A DNA stretch of 64,000 bases from Desulfatiglandales bacterium (GTDB taxonomy: Bacteria > Desulfobacterota > DSM-4660 > Desulfatiglandales > HGW-15), in assembly GCA_963667015.2 (NCBI GenBank), contig CAXXJJ010000004.1, forward strand, positions 2,368,001 to 2,432,000, written 5' to 3'. A program made the translations under genes and the position numbers. Position 1 is the first letter of the stretch. Every line of letters starts with the position of its first letter. The notes under the pieces were generated by a model that was not told where the DNA came from, did not search any database, and worked only from the letters and a program-made list of their open reading frames with translations. Shown here piece by piece: positions 37,415 to 48,537 of the stretch.

Positions 37415-37971
37415 CAATCTTCTCTGTTATAAATATCTATTTTTGTTTCACCATATTGTCTGGTTTTAACCAGATGAAATTTTTCTACGCTGTCAGGAAG
37501 CCGATCATGTTTCATGGATTCTGTTACAATATATGACCCATCGGCCATAATCTCGCTTTTAACAATGGATTCCAATACTCCCGGTATAATATCTTTTCCA
37601 TAGGGAGGATCAATAAAGGCAAGATCGATTATTCCCTGTTTTAATTTATCATGGTGCGGGATGCCTTCTGTTAAATCTTTCTTTATAACCTGCCCCTTGA
37701 AACTGAACCCGCAGAGCTCAAGGTTTTTTTTGATCAGGGCAAGGGATCTGTTGGAGTTATCAACAAAAAGTGCCCATGCAGCGCCACGGCTCAAGGCCTC
37801 GATCCCCATAATGCCCGTTCCGGCAAAAAAATCAACCACATGAAATCCGGAAATATTATTTCCTATTATATTAAAAACCGCCTGCCTGACTTTACTTGAT
37901 GTCGGCCGGATATTTAATCCGCTTACAGTTCCTAATACCCTGCCGTTTAACTCTCCACCTGTTATCCTCAT
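37414..37971 (-). CDS. rsmD: 16S rRNA m2G966 methyltransferase
   Basis: MRITGG, RPT, DFFAGTG, EALSRGA, DPPY. Confidence 0.94.
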   Translation of the reverse strand: MRITGGELNGRVLGTVSGLNIRPTSSKVRQAVFNIIGNNISGFHVVDFFAGTGIMGIEALSRGAAWALFVDNSNRSLALIKKNLELCGFSFKGQVIKKDLTEGIPHHDKLKQGIIDLAFIDPPYGKDIIPGVLESIVKSEIMADGSYIVTESMKHDRLPDSVEKFHLVKTRQYGETKIDIYNRED

Positions 37972-38068
37972 TTACTTTAACTCAATAAAATTCTAAGGAA
38001 TTTCATTATATTTTTTAAAATTATTTGTCAACGGGATATAATTACAGATTCTTATACCCGGGATGAGA

Positions 38069-38764
38069 TTATTTCCCCTGCCTTATATCAGGAGCCTGTA
38101 TATAGTTAGGGATTATATCCATGACATCATCAAAATCATTTTTATGAAAACGTTTCAATCCGAGCATGCCTACTGAGGATGCCCGCAGATTCCAGTGCTC
38201 AGGACCGGCGAATATCATGTATTCATTACCCGACTCCTGAATAAGCGGTACCTGTTTTTGAAAGTCATTCCCAACTATAATGGTTGGACAATCTATCAAT
38301 ATACCTACATCTTTTATCTTCATGCTTTCATCACCGGACTGTCTGACAAGGTCATTGCCGGCAAGGTTATGACCTTCTTCTCTCCTGAAAAAGGCATAGA
38401 AGACCTCATCTCTTCTGGAAGCAATCATGGCGCATACTTGTTTTTCCGCACAGGGGATAGATGACGCAAGGGCATCGATACCGGATATCCCTATCAAAGG
38501 AATATCCATACTGTATGCAATACCTTTGGCTGCGGATAATCCTACCCTGAGACCGGTAAAACTTCCCGGTCCCGTGGATACTGCCACGACTTTTATGTTT
38601 TTGATATCAGCGCCGGAGGCCTGAAATAGCTGGTCAATAGCGGGAATGAATCCTGTAAATGTTTTTCCCTTTGGAGTTACCATATACTCTGCAATGATAA
38701 CTCCCTGCATAGTCATCAATGCAATGCTGTACTGGACCGTTGAGCTGTTTATGGCTAATAACAT
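38069..38764 (-). CDS. tsaB: tRNA t6A biosynthesis protein TsaB
   Basis: GPGSFTGLRVG motif. Confidence 0.9.
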   Translation of the reverse strand: MLLAINSSTVQYSIALMTMQGVIIAEYMVTPKGKTFTGFIPAIDQLFQASGADIKNIKVVAVSTGPGSFTGLRVGLSAAKGIAYSMDIPLIGISGIDALASSIPCAEKQVCAMIASRRDEVFYAFFRREEGHNLAGNDLVRQSGDESMKIKDVGILIDCPTIIVGNDFQKQVPLIQESGNEYMIFAGPEHWNLRASSVGMLGLKRFHKNDFDDVMDIIPNYIQAPDIRQGK

Positions 38765-38768
38765 CTAT

Positions 38769-39914
38769 CTATTCTGCAAACAGCCGTAGAATATCATTAT
38801 AGAAGACCACTACCATTAACAGGAGCAGCAGAGAAAGACCTATTTTCATTGCAAATTCGCGTTTATTCATGCTGATGGGCTTACCCTGAACCAGTTCAAA
38901 CAACAGAAACAGGATTACTCCGCCGTCAAGTATAGGTATGGGGAAAAGATTCAGTATCCCCAGGTTAATACTGATGATTGCCATAAATGGAATCAGGTAA
39001 CCCATGCCCTCCTGAACAAGTTCTCCCGTCATCTGTCCGATCATTATCGGGCCGCCCACAGTCTTTATTGAGACTTCTCCCTCAAATAATTTTACTACGA
39101 CCATAAATGTCAACTTGATCCATCGCCAGGTCTCGGAAAGTGCCTCCTTAAATGCATCCACCGGCCCCATCTTCACATACTCAACCTTTGTTGAATTGCC
39201 CACGCTTATTCCGACTATAGTCTTTTTTACTGCTTCTCCGGATTCATTTTGTAATGTTGATTCAACAGGGGTAACAGAATAAGAAGAGAGCTCATCATTC
39301 CTCCTCACAGTAATTTCAACAGGTATCCCTGCCTTACCCTTCAGAAAACCACTCACATCTTCCTCTTTTTCAATTGTTTTTCCATCAATGGATATTATTA
39401 TATCTCCCCTTGTCAGGCCCGCTTTTTGAGCAGGAAATCCATTGGTAACGCTATAAATTTCGGGGGTAAATACAGGCTCGGGAACAGATGAGGGGCTTCC
39501 TAAAATTATGTAAAGTCCAAAAAACAGGAAAAAAGCGAGGATAAGATTAAATACAGGACCGGCAGCCACTATTGCAATTCTTTTAAAGGGGTGCTGATGG
39601 TTAAAGGCCCTTGGGATATCTTTTTCATCAATAGGCTCAGCATCCTCATCAAAATCATCCTCACCAAGCATCTTCACAAAACCGCCAAGGGGCAGATACC
39701 TTATTGAATACTCTGTCTCACCATATTCTCTGGATACTATTCTCGGGCCGAATCCAAGGGCAAACTTTAAAACCTTTACATTAAAAAATTTGGCAGCCAG
39801 AAAATGCCCCAGTTCATGGAAAAAAATCATTATTCCAAGCACAATAACCAGGGGAATTATGTAAATAAATAACAGGTGGCTTATATTCTGAAAAAAATCT
39901 ATTATAATATCCAT
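38769..39914 (-). CDS. rseP: RIP metalloprotease RseP
   Basis: HELGH, PLGGFVKM, AGPVFN, PDZ, NLFPIPILDGG. Confidence 0.95.
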   Translation of the reverse strand: MDIIIDFFQNISHLLFIYIIPLVIVLGIMIFFHELGHFLAAKFFNVKVLKFALGFGPRIVSREYGETEYSIRYLPLGGFVKMLGEDDFDEDAEPIDEKDIPRAFNHQHPFKRIAIVAAGPVFNLILAFFLFFGLYIILGSPSSVPEPVFTPEIYSVTNGFPAQKAGLTRGDIIISIDGKTIEKEEDVSGFLKGKAGIPVEITVRRNDELSSYSVTPVESTLQNESGEAVKKTIVGISVGNSTKVEYVKMGPVDAFKEALSETWRWIKLTFMVVVKLFEGEVSIKTVGGPIMIGQMTGELVQEGMGYLIPFMAIISINLGILNLFPIPILDGGVILFLLFELVQGKPISMNKREFAMKIGLSLLLLLMVVVFYNDILRLFAE

Positions 39915-39989
39915 TAGTAAACTCGTTTTTTATAGTTTTATCGTTCAATTTAAGAAACAAATAAAATAATTAAAGGGTTTAAACACCAT

Positions 39990-41153
39990 TTATTTCTTAA
40001 TTCTGTTGATCTCTTCCTGCGCCTTTGCCCTGGCCCATGAATCCGCCGCTATAACGCCCTGTATGGAGTCAACCGAAGAGCTGTTATGGGCATGCATTGT
40101 TTTTTCTATTATTTCAGGTATCTGAAGGAATGATATTTCCTTTTCTAAAAAAGATGCAACTGCTATCTCATTTGCACCGTTCAACACGGCCGGCATGCTT
40201 TTTCCTTCCTTTAAGGCATCAATCGCAAGCTTAAGACACCTGAATTTAACCATATCAGGCTCAAAAAATGTAAGCTTCCCAATAGTTTCAAGCCTTAACT
40301 GGGGCAGGTTGGTCCTGAGATGCTCGGGATATGAAAGGGCATAAGAAATTGGAGTCATCATATCAGGCACACCAAGCTGGGCTATAACAGACCCGTCATT
40401 ATATTCAACCATCGAGTGAATAATACTTTCCGGGTGTACAAGTACATCAATCTGGTCCAGATCAAGGTTAAAGAGCCACTTTGCCTCGATAATCTCCAGG
40501 CCCTTATTCATTAGTGTAGCGGAATCAATGGTAATCTTTTTTCCCATCTCCCAGTTGGGGTGTTTAAGCGCCATTTCAGGTGTAATATCTTCGATCTGAG
40601 ATAAGGAGTATTCCCTGAAGGGACCGCCTGAAGCGGTTAGGATTATGCGATTGAGGTCCGCCCGGTTATGCCCCTGAAGAGACTGAAAGACCGCACTGTG
40701 CTCACTGTCAACAGGGAGCATGGAGACCTTCTTTTTTTCCGCAAGATCCATGATCATGGCACCTGCCATTACCATTGTCTCTTTATTGGCAAGGGCAATA
40801 TCTTTTCCTGAGCGAATTGCCTCATAGGTAGGAAGGAGACCCGCGGCACCGCTTATAGCGGATACCACCATATCTGCTTCATCCATTGATGCAATTTCTG
40901 TTACTCCATCATCTCCCCATAATATCTCAGTCTTAATATCTCTGCTTAACCTGCTTCTTAAAATCTCTGCCTGATCCTGCTGTGATACTGCAGCCGCCAG
41001 AGGGGAATATTTTTCAATCTGGGCCTGAAGAAGATCAATATTATTGCCTGCTGTAAGTGCTATAACTCTATATCTGTCAGGATTGGTATCTAGAACCTTG
41101 AGAGTGCTTGTTCCTATTGATCCGGTTGAACCGAGTATTGTTATATTTTTCAT
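39990..41153 (-). CDS. dxr: 1-deoxy-D-xylulose-5-phosphate reductoisomerase
   Basis: LGSTGSIG, LANKE, PVDSEHSA, HPNWEMG, NKGLE. Confidence 0.97.
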   Translation of the reverse strand: MKNITILGSTGSIGTSTLKVLDTNPDRYRVIALTAGNNIDLLQAQIEKYSPLAAAVSQQDQAEILRSRLSRDIKTEILWGDDGVTEIASMDEADMVVSAISGAAGLLPTYEAIRSGKDIALANKETMVMAGAMIMDLAEKKKVSMLPVDSEHSAVFQSLQGHNRADLNRIILTASGGPFREYSLSQIEDITPEMALKHPNWEMGKKITIDSATLMNKGLEIIEAKWLFNLDLDQIDVLVHPESIIHSMVEYNDGSVIAQLGVPDMMTPISYALSYPEHLRTNLPQLRLETIGKLTFFEPDMVKFRCLKLAIDALKEGKSMPAVLNGANEIAVASFLEKEISFLQIPEIIEKTMHAHNSSSVDSIQGVIAADSWARAKAQEEINRIKK

Positions 41154-41192
41154 TTTATAATTTCCTGCCGCCATGCATCGCAGACCACAAAA

Positions 41193-42008
41193 TTATATGG
41201 TCATCATCAAAAAAACATATAGAACCGGCGCTGCAAACAAAAGGCTGTCAATCCTGTCCAGAATTCCACCGTGCCCCGGAAGCAGCGTCCCCGAATCCTT
41301 GACATTAAAGCTCCTTTTTAACATTGATTCTGCGAGATCCCCTACCTGGCCGGCAACTGATAAAAGGATTACGAGTAGAATAATAGACGGATCAACCGGA
41401 TGCAGCCTGAAAATCTTAAGGAATGCAATAGCTATAATAATAGCTAACACTAATCCTCCGATAGAACCTTCCCAGGTTTTTTTGGGACTGACCGTTTCAT
41501 ACAATTTATGTTCACCAAATAATTTGCCGCTGTAAAATGCCCCTGTATCATTGGCGGATGTAATCACCAGTAAAAAAAATATCCATATTCCCCTGACCGG
41601 GTGCTGGATGAGGTACAGTCTGTCTATCTGAATAAACATTGCAATGGGCAGGCATACATAAATAAACCCGGCGGCAATTATTCCTGCCTCCGAGAGATAT
41701 TTTTCACCTCTCAGGGGATCAATAAAAAGGAAATAAAGCATTGGGAATATTACAAGAAAACTGAGTATCCCCATCAAAAGCATCACATGGCCTTTATACA
41801 TGGCAAAAAACAGTGCCAGGGTCAGAAGTCCTGCAACCGATTTGAGAAACAGCGGCAGGTCAGGCAGGGTTAGCCTGTTGAATTCATTAAGTCCTGCAAG
41901 ACTGGTAAGAAATAAAAACAGGTAAAAGACCCATCTCGGGCTGAAACCTACAAGGTAGATCAGTATGGGAATAGCAACAATCGCTGTTAGCCATCTTTTT
42001 AAATGCAT
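41193..42008 (-). CDS. cdsA: Phosphatidate cytidylyltransferase
   Basis: SPKKTWEG, GDLAESMLKR, KDSG..LPGHGGILDRIDS. Confidence 0.95.
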   Translation of the reverse strand: MHLKRWLTAIVAIPILIYLVGFSPRWVFYLFLFLTSLAGLNEFNRLTLPDLPLFLKSVAGLLTLALFFAMYKGHVMLLMGILSFLVIFPMLYFLFIDPLRGEKYLSEAGIIAAGFIYVCLPIAMFIQIDRLYLIQHPVRGIWIFFLLVITSANDTGAFYSGKLFGEHKLYETVSPKKTWEGSIGGLVLAIIIAIAFLKIFRLHPVDPSIILLVILLSVAGQVGDLAESMLKRSFNVKDSGTLLPGHGGILDRIDSLLFAAPVLYVFLMMTI

Positions 42009-42032
42009 AGTTTCGTATAAAAAAGATTAATA

Positions 42033-42755
42033 CTACTTACCGGTAGCACCAAACCGTCTCTCTCTGTTCTGAAAATCCTCGAGAGCCGCAAGGTACTCCT
42101 CTTCTCTAAAATCAGGCCATAAAGCAGAAGTAATATATATTTCAGTATAGGCAATCTGCCATAACAGAAAATTACTTATCCTGTATTCACCGCTTGTCCT
42201 GATAAGCAGGTCAGGATCAGGAATATCTGAAGTATATAAATTCTGGCTTATAATGTCATCACCTATATCTTTGACATCAAGTTCCCCGGACTGCACTTTT
42301 AGGGCAATCTCTTTTACTGCCCGGGTTATTTCCTGTCTTCCCCCATAGCTCAGGGCAAGTGTAAGGACCATATCATTATTGGATGAGGTTTTTTCAATGG
42401 TTTCAAAAAGCACCTTTTTTGCATCATCCGGCAGCTTGTCAATACTGCCTATCGCCCTCAGCCTGATTCCATTCTCGAGCATTTCAGGCAGTTCACTTTT
42501 TAAAAATCTCTTTAATATCCCCATAAGGGCAATAATTTCATGTTTGGGTCTCTTCCAGTTTTCTTCTGAAAATGCATACAGGGTCAGATATTTAATTCCA
42601 AGATTCCGGCTTGTCCTTACAATAACACGTACCGATTCGGTGCCTTCCTCATGGCCTTTTACCCTGTTCATCATTCTTTTTTTGGCCCATCGCCCGTTTC
42701 CATCCATGATGGCTGCAACATGCTTTGGTAATTTTTCCGGATCCAGATTATTCAT
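42033..42755 (-). CDS. uppS: Undecaprenyl diphosphate synthase
   Basis: IMDGNGRWA, FSEENWKRP, RTSGEYRISNFLLWQ. Confidence 0.97.
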   Translation of the reverse strand: MNNLDPEKLPKHVAAIMDGNGRWAKKRMMNRVKGHEEGTESVRVIVRTSRNLGIKYLTLYAFSEENWKRPKHEIIALMGILKRFLKSELPEMLENGIRLRAIGSIDKLPDDAKKVLFETIEKTSSNNDMVLTLALSYGGRQEITRAVKEIALKVQSGELDVKDIGDDIISQNLYTSDIPDPDLLIRTSGEYRISNFLLWQIAYTEIYITSALWPDFREEEYLAALEDFQNRERRFGATGK

Positions 42756-42850
42756 TGTAATTTCTTTTTATTAATTATTTTTCACGGCTACTTAATTTGA
42801 TAAATATTTGACCAATGGAAACAGAGAAGAAACGTTACTGAGGATTTAAG

Positions 42851-42887
42851 ACAACTCCACCCTGAAAAAAGTTCCAGGGTGGATTGT
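42851..42887 (-). terminator. Hairpin after frr
   Basis: TCCACCCTG / CAGGGTGGA inverted repeat. Confidence 0.55.
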
Positions 42888-42909
42888 ATTTCACAGATTT
42901 ATACAGGTA

Positions 42910-43467
42910 TTAAAACTCAAGAATCTCTTTTTCTTTTTCAGCTGTCACACTGTCAATTTTTGCAATAAAATCATCGGTTATCTTCTGTACCTCATCCTGA
43001 GCCTTGAACATCTCATCCTCAGACATTTCCTTTTCATTCTTCATTTCCTTAAAAATGTCATTGGCATCCCGCCTGTGATTCCTGACAGCAATTTTTCCCT
43101 CTTCAGCCATTTTTTTTGCCATCTTGGCAAGCTCTTTTCTCCTTTCCTCTGTAAGGGGTGGAATGGAGATCCTGATAATCTTGCCGTCATTCATGGGTGT
43201 AAGACCCAGTTCGGATTTCAGGATACTTTTTTCTATCTCCTTAATGACCGACTGATCCCAGGGCTTGATGGTAATCAACCTGCTCTCAGGCACAGAAACC
43301 GATGCCACCTGGTCAATAGGCATCTGGGATTCATAACAATTGACTTTAATACCATCAAGCAAAGCAGGCGTTGCCCTTCCCGTTCGAAGTCTGACAAATT
43401 CCTTTTTTAAGGCCTCAATAGAATTGTTCATCTTATCACGTAATTCGGAAAGTATTTCGTCTTTCAT
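42910..43467 (-). CDS. frr: Ribosome recycling factor
   Basis: [25 protein letters not shown]. Confidence 0.97.
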   Translation of the reverse strand: MKDEILSELRDKMNNSIEALKKEFVRLRTGRATPALLDGIKVNCYESQMPIDQVASVSVPESRLITIKPWDQSVIKEIEKSILKSELGLTPMNDGKIIRISIPPLTEERRKELAKMAKKMAEEGKIAVRNHRRDANDIFKEMKNEKEMSEDEMFKAQDEVQKITDDFIAKIDSVTAEKEKEILEF

Positions 43468-43468
43468 A

Positions 43469-44194
43469 TTATACTCCTGATATTAAAGTTCCTACATCAT
43501 CTCCGGTGACGACTTTAAGAATATTTCCCTTCTTTCTGAGACTGAACACCAGTATGGGCAGGTTCTGTCCCATTGCCAGGGTAACCGCCGTCATGTCCAT
43601 TACACGCAATCCCTTTTCAATATAGTCCTGATAGGTAAGGCTTTTAAAGGGTGTCAATGAAGCATCCTTTTCAGGATCACTGGCATACACGCCATCAACC
43701 TTGGTTGCCTTTAATAGTACCTCGGCATCTATCTCCATGGCCCTCAGGGCAGCCGCTGTATCAGTACTGAAAAAGGGATTACCGGTTCCTCCGCCGAAAA
43801 GGACAATCCTCCCCTTGTTAAGATGGCTGATTGCCCTCTTTCGTATAAAGGGTTCTGCAACTTTGTTCATATCAATAGCTGACATGATACGGGTCTGAAG
43901 ACCAGTATTATTTAATGCTTCACCGAGTGCAAGGGCATTAATGACCGTTGCAAGCATACCCATATGATCGGCAGGGGCGCGTTTCATGCCATATTCAGAG
44001 GAATTAAGCCCCCTGAAGATATTACCCCCGCCTATTACCACCGCTACCTGAACACCTTCATCATGGACATCCCGAATCTCTTCCGCTACACTTTTCAGAG
44101 TTTCGGAATCAATTCCATAACTGTTTCTGCCCATGAGGGCTTCACCGCTTATCTTAAGCAGTATGCGTTTAAAGCGGGCGGATTTATTATTCAT
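43469..44194 (-). CDS. pyrH: UMP kinase
   Basis: [30 protein letters not shown] at 44194 overlaps the 3' end of tsf. Confidence 0.97.
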   Translation of the reverse strand: MNNKSARFKRILLKISGEALMGRNSYGIDSETLKSVAEEIRDVHDEGVQVAVVIGGGNIFRGLNSSEYGMKRAPADHMGMLATVINALALGEALNNTGLQTRIMSAIDMNKVAEPFIRKRAISHLNKGRIVLFGGGTGNPFFSTDTAAALRAMEIDAEVLLKATKVDGVYASDPEKDASLTPFKSLTYQDYIEKGLRVMDMTAVTLAMGQNLPILVFSLRKKGNILKVVTGDDVGTLISGV

Positions 44195-44789
44195 TATTCT
44201 CACCAAGCTGGAAACGGACAAAGCGATTAATTTTGATGTTTTCACCAGTCTTGGCAATCATTTCATTTACAAGGTCCTGGATAGTAATATCCGGATTCTT
44301 TACATACTGCTGTCCCAGAAGCGTTGTCTCTGCAAAAAACTTCTTTATTTTACCTTCTACGATTTTCTGGATCACATTTTCGGGCTTTCCTGATTCCTTT
44401 GCCTGAGTTTCGTAGATTTCCTTTTCCTTGCTAAGGACATCCTCGGGTATACCGTCACTGTCAACAGCGATAGGATTGCTTGCAGCAATATGCATTGCAA
44501 CATTCTTTACAAACTCGGTAAAATCATCATTCTTTCCTGTGAAATCTGTCTCACAATTGATCTCAACAAGAACGCCTATTTTACCGCCAGAATGGATATA
44601 TGACTGAATCTGACCTTCAGAGGTTGAGCGGCCGCCCCTTTTCTGGGCTGTAGCTATACCCTTTTTCCTGAGGTATTCGATTGATTTTTCAATGTCACCG
44701 TCGCATTCCTTGAGGGCCTTTTTGCAGTCCATCATGCCTACGCCGGTTTTCTCTCTCAGTTCCTTTACAATTGATGCTGTAATTTCCAA
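44187..44789 (-). CDS. tsf: Elongation factor Ts (short form)
   Basis: VKELREKTGVGMMDCKKAL, EINCETDF; TTG start. Confidence 0.97.
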   Translation of the reverse strand: MEITASIVKELREKTGVGMMDCKKALKECDGDIEKSIEYLRKKGIATAQKRGGRSTSEGQIQSYIHSGGKIGVLVEINCETDFTGKNDDFTEFVKNVAMHIAASNPIAVDSDGIPEDVLSKEKEIYETQAKESGKPENVIQKIVEGKIKKFFAETTLLGQQYVKNPDITIQDLVNEMIAKTGENIKINRFVRFQLGENNE

Positions 44790-44793
44790 TTTT

Positions 44794-45651
44794 TTACTCC
44801 TCTATATCATCACCATCTTCATTGACGGTGTCCGGGTTATCTTTTTTATTTACAATGATTACTTCAGGGCCTTCGCTTTTTTCATCGGATGCCTGGGCAA
44901 CTGCAACTTCGGGTTTTTCTTCTTCAGCTTTTTTAATCTCAGCTTCTGCCCTCAACCTTTCCTCTGCAAGGTTATGCCCTGCAATACAGGCATCTGCAAT
45001 CTTGGAGCAGATAAGCCTTATGGACCTGATAGCATCATCATTTCCAGGGATTATGTAATCAATATCATCAGGATCACAATTTGTATCAGTAATTGCGATG
45101 ACAGGAATCCCCATCTTTTTAACTTCCTTGACAGCTATATGCTCCCTTTTGGGATCAACTATAAATACCGCGCCGGGCAGTTCATCCATATTCTTGATTC
45201 CGCCAAGGTTTTTCTCCAGCTTAACAAGCTCCTTTTCCATTTTAAGGGCTTCTTTTTTGGTATAGCGATTAATAGAGCCGTCTTCAATCATCCGTTCCAC
45301 ATCTTTAAGACGGTTTATACTTCTTTTTATAGTCTGGAAATTAGTCAGAGTTCCGCCGAGCCAGCGGTTTACAATATTAAACATGCCGCAGCGTTCACTT
45401 TCCTCAATAATCGCGTCATGGGCCTGTTTTTTTGTACCGACAAACAGTACCGGATAACCTTCTGCTACAGTGCGAACAATAAAATCGTGAATCCCGTTAA
45501 AAAGTTTTACTGTCTTCTGCAGATCAATGATATGAATTCCATTCCTGGAGCCAAAAATGTATGGTTTCATCTTTGGGTTCCAGCGTCTTGTCTGGTGTCC
45601 GAAATGAACTCCGGATTCTAATAATTCCTTCATGTTAAGTATTGCGGCCAT
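44794..45651 (-). CDS. rpsB: 30S ribosomal protein S2
   Basis: [34 protein letters not shown] at 45651 after AGGAGG. Confidence 0.98.
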   Translation of the reverse strand: MAAILNMKELLESGVHFGHQTRRWNPKMKPYIFGSRNGIHIIDLQKTVKLFNGIHDFIVRTVAEGYPVLFVGTKKQAHDAIIEESERCGMFNIVNRWLGGTLTNFQTIKRSINRLKDVERMIEDGSINRYTKKEALKMEKELVKLEKNLGGIKNMDELPGAVFIVDPKREHIAVKEVKKMGIPVIAITDTNCDPDDIDYIIPGNDDAIRSIRLICSKIADACIAGHNLAEERLRAEAEIKKAEEEKPEVAVAQASDEKSEGPEVIIVNKKDNPDTVNEDGDDIEE

Positions 45652-45780
45652 TAAAACCTCCTGAACCAGGGGATCGCTTAAAGATCCCATTCCCACGGTT
45701 GAACCTCCGCTCGGGTACTGGCGTTCTCCCATATGGTGGGGCACCGGGGCGAGTCCCGAACGTGTGAATTTTTACACTGC
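45652..45780 (-). promoter_or_regulatory. Probable rpsB (S2) autoregulatory leader
   Basis: GC-rich 5' UTR with local hairpins (GGGATC/GATCCC) and a CACAC element, at the position of the known S2 leader. Confidence 0.5.
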
Positions 45781-46066
45781 AGATTGTATCTAAATAAAGA
45801 TCAATCTACTTAAAACTTTCTTATAAATAAGAACTGGGTATATTAACAATCATTGAGATTTTTTTGCAAGAAAAAAAATACGTAAACTCCGGATATTCAA
45901 ATTTCCGGGAAAACCTTCTCAAAGCGTCGTAAATACTGAAACACGCCGTTTTTGTGTGGACACTGGTTAACATAATGCTTATTTTATTTCAGCAATTTTA
46001 TGGGTGAAATAAAAAGATATTATGATATAAATACCGCAACATAGCAACAATAAGGAGCCTTTTAGA

Positions 46067-47257
46067 TTGGATAACCCTGAAAAACTGAATAGAATCAAAA
46101 AACAGCTGGATGAAGCGGAAAAGAATAACCTGTCAGAATATGCCTGTCAGAGTAAAGATGCTGTCAGGCGTATAGAGGAAGACAATATTCTCAAGGGACA
46201 CAGACAGAATTTCTCTCTGGATGCAGACAGAATTCTTCATTCAATGGCCTACTCACGATATATCGACAAGACCCAGGTATTCTACCTGGTTAAAAATGAT
46301 CATATAACCCATCGGGTTCTGCATGTTCAGCTTGTTTCAAAAATATCCCGAACCATCGGCAGATTACTGAGACTCAACGAAGACCTGATTGAGGCGATCG
46401 CCCTTGGTCACGATATCGGGCACGCACCCTTTGGGCATGACGGAGAACGATTCCTTTCTAAACTTTCACATACCTATGGAATCGGCAACTTTCTTCATAA
46501 TCTACAGAGTGTCAGGTTTCTGGAAAAAATAGAAAGGAAGGGACGGGGCTGGAATCTCACCCTTCAGGTGCTTGATGGAATATTATGTCATGATGGAGAG
46601 ATACATAATAAAAAACTCTGCCCAGAGCGTGAAAAAGATTTTGATATTATGGCAAAAGAAATTCTTGAAAAAGAGGGAAATCCTTCAATGGATATCCTTC
46701 CGATGACGCTCGAGGGTTGCGTGGTGCGTATGGCTGACACAATCAGTTATATAGGGAGAGATATTGAAGACGCAATAAGACTGGGCTTGATTACCAGGAA
46801 TGATATTCCTGAAAACTGCAGAAAAATACTTGGAGATACAAACGGCACTATTGTCTACTCGCTTGTTGAGGATCTCGTTACAAACAGCCTTGAAAAACCC
46901 TATATCTGTTTCAGCGATGAAATAAGTAATGCCCTGAGAGATCTTAAAAATTTTAATAGAGAAAAGATATATCTGAGCGAGGCGGCATGGAAACAGACCT
47001 CAAAAATAGAACTGATGTTCAAACTTTTGTTTGAAAGGTATTATGCAGATCTTAAAAACGGAAATAATAATTCTGAAATTTATGGTGAATTTTTAAAGGG
47101 AATGTCCGACGAATACAGGGAAGCAAGCTCAAAAATCGAGATAATAAGAGATTTTATGGCCGGGATGACAGACGAATATTTTCTTGATCAGTGCCGCAAA
47201 TATTTGTTTCCGGAAATAAAAACCCCTTCCCTTCAGGGTCACGGGCATATGGATTGA
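46067..47257 (+). CDS. dGTP triphosphohydrolase-like HD-domain protein
   Basis: DADRILHS, DKTQVF, HRVLH, GHDIGHAPFGHDGE, MADTISY, DFMAGMTD. Confidence 0.88.
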   Translation: MDNPEKLNRIKKQLDEAEKNNLSEYACQSKDAVRRIEEDNILKGHRQNFSLDADRILHSMAYSRYIDKTQVFYLVKNDHITHRVLHVQLVSKISRTIGRLLRLNEDLIEAIALGHDIGHAPFGHDGERFLSKLSHTYGIGNFLHNLQSVRFLEKIERKGRGWNLTLQVLDGILCHDGEIHNKKLCPEREKDFDIMAKEILEKEGNPSMDILPMTLEGCVVRMADTISYIGRDIEDAIRLGLITRNDIPENCRKILGDTNGTIVYSLVEDLVTNSLEKPYICFSDEISNALRDLKNFNREKIYLSEAAWKQTSKIELMFKLLFERYYADLKNGNNNSEIYGEFLKGMSDEYREASSKIEIIRDFMAGMTDEYFLDQCRKYLFPEIKTPSLQGHGHMD

Positions 47258-47263
47258 TTTTTT

Positions 47264-48007
47264 ATGAACATCAACACATCTGCCTCCATCATTATGAGAG
47301 TCAGGGATTTCGGCGAATCGGATTTACTTGTTACATTTTTCACTCCGACCGAGGGAAAGATTAAAGGGATAGCCAAAGGAGCAAGGCGAAGCAGGGCCAG
47401 GTTTGTCAACTGCCTGGATATCTTTTCCCTTGTCAATCTTGAATACAGCCTGAAAAAAAAGGACAGCCTGCATTTCATTCACTCGGGAAAACTTCTTGAC
47501 GCATTTCCAGGCCTTAGAAAAAACTACAGGACCCTTATAAAGGCCAGTTACATGATAGAATTGACTGAAATACTGTTCCCCTGGCACCTTCCCGACAGAG
47601 TCATGTTTGATATATTAAAAAACTCCTTCAAGACACTGGATAAAGGCGGCAATCCGGATATTGTCCCTGTTTTTTTTGAAATTGCAGCCATGGCCCTTGG
47701 CGGTTACGGGATCAGTCTTGATAAATGCACCATATGCGGAAGGAAATATCAGGGACAGGGAACCGCGGTATTCCGCCCTGATACCGGAGGTATTGCATGC
47801 ATGAGATGTCAGGAGATCACAAAAATGACTCCTGCCATGTGCCCTGAAACGGTCAGGACAATAAATACAATACAAACATGTCTGTCAGAAGATTTTATGT
47901 GTACAGGGGCTTCTTCCGGTTTTCTTAACGAGATAAAACCTGTCCTGAAGCTGCATAGAGAATACAGGCTGGAACATAAGCCAAAGAGTGCAAATTATTT
48001 TGAATGA
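47264..48007 (+). CDS. recO: DNA repair protein RecO
   Basis: GESDLLV, GKIKGIAKGARRS, CxxC...CxxC zinc finger. Confidence 0.92.
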   Translation: MNINTSASIIMRVRDFGESDLLVTFFTPTEGKIKGIAKGARRSRARFVNCLDIFSLVNLEYSLKKKDSLHFIHSGKLLDAFPGLRKNYRTLIKASYMIELTEILFPWHLPDRVMFDILKNSFKTLDKGGNPDIVPVFFEIAAMALGGYGISLDKCTICGRKYQGQGTAVFRPDTGGIACMRCQEITKMTPAMCPETVRTINTIQTCLSEDFMCTGASSGFLNEIKPVLKLHREYRLEHKPKSANYFE

Positions 48008-48022
48008 TAGAAAATAACTGGT

Positions 48023-48235
48023 TTAATCCTCTAACTGCAAAATTTTAATGATATCTGCCATTAATTCTTCATTATCAAAGGAAAATGTTACCACTCCCCT
48101 GTTTACACTGAAGGACAGCAAATTACACCCGTACTGCTCAGCTACTTCAGCCAGTAATTCCTGAAAACTCTCAGCTACGGGGTGGTTAGGATCGTTAACA
48201 TCCTTAGAAAACATATCAACTTCAATAATTCCCAT
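48023..48235 (-). CDS. Small acidic hypothetical protein
   Basis: 70-aa ORF in an intergenic gap with RBS AAGGGA. Confidence 0.65.
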   Translation of the reverse strand: MGIIEVDMFSKDVNDPNHPVAESFQELLAEVAEQYGCNLLSFSVNRGVVTFSFDNEELMADIIKILQLED

Positions 48236-48537
48236 AAAAATTATCCCTTTTCATTTATTTCAGGGAAAAAGATTAGCAAATATAAGAGCCTAATACAACC
48301 ATGAGCAAACTTTGCAATAACAAATAGTTGCAGCCATCTGAGAACACACAAATAAACAAAAATTAACCTTGACAATTCAATCGGTTATGTTAATTTAGCC
48401 AGTTACTATGATCGACCCCTGCAAACCGGGATTGTCCATTTTTTACACCCCGGTGCGTATTTAAATTTTAAAAAGACAATTAAAGAACGGTATTTACAGC
48501 CGGATTAAGGCATAAGCTTGAATAAGGAGATATTATA

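Noticed and set aside
44692..45621. 309-aa plus-strand ORF and other long antisense ORFs (e.g. 23660-24379, 55355-56140)
   Set aside because: Shadow frames of well-supported genes with no recognisable motifs.
48410..48460. GCAAACC-containing hairpin upstream of serA as a c-di-GMP-I riboswitch
   Set aside because: Lacks the GNRA-capped P2 and the downstream GCAAAGC/P3 elements. At most a simple leader hairpin.
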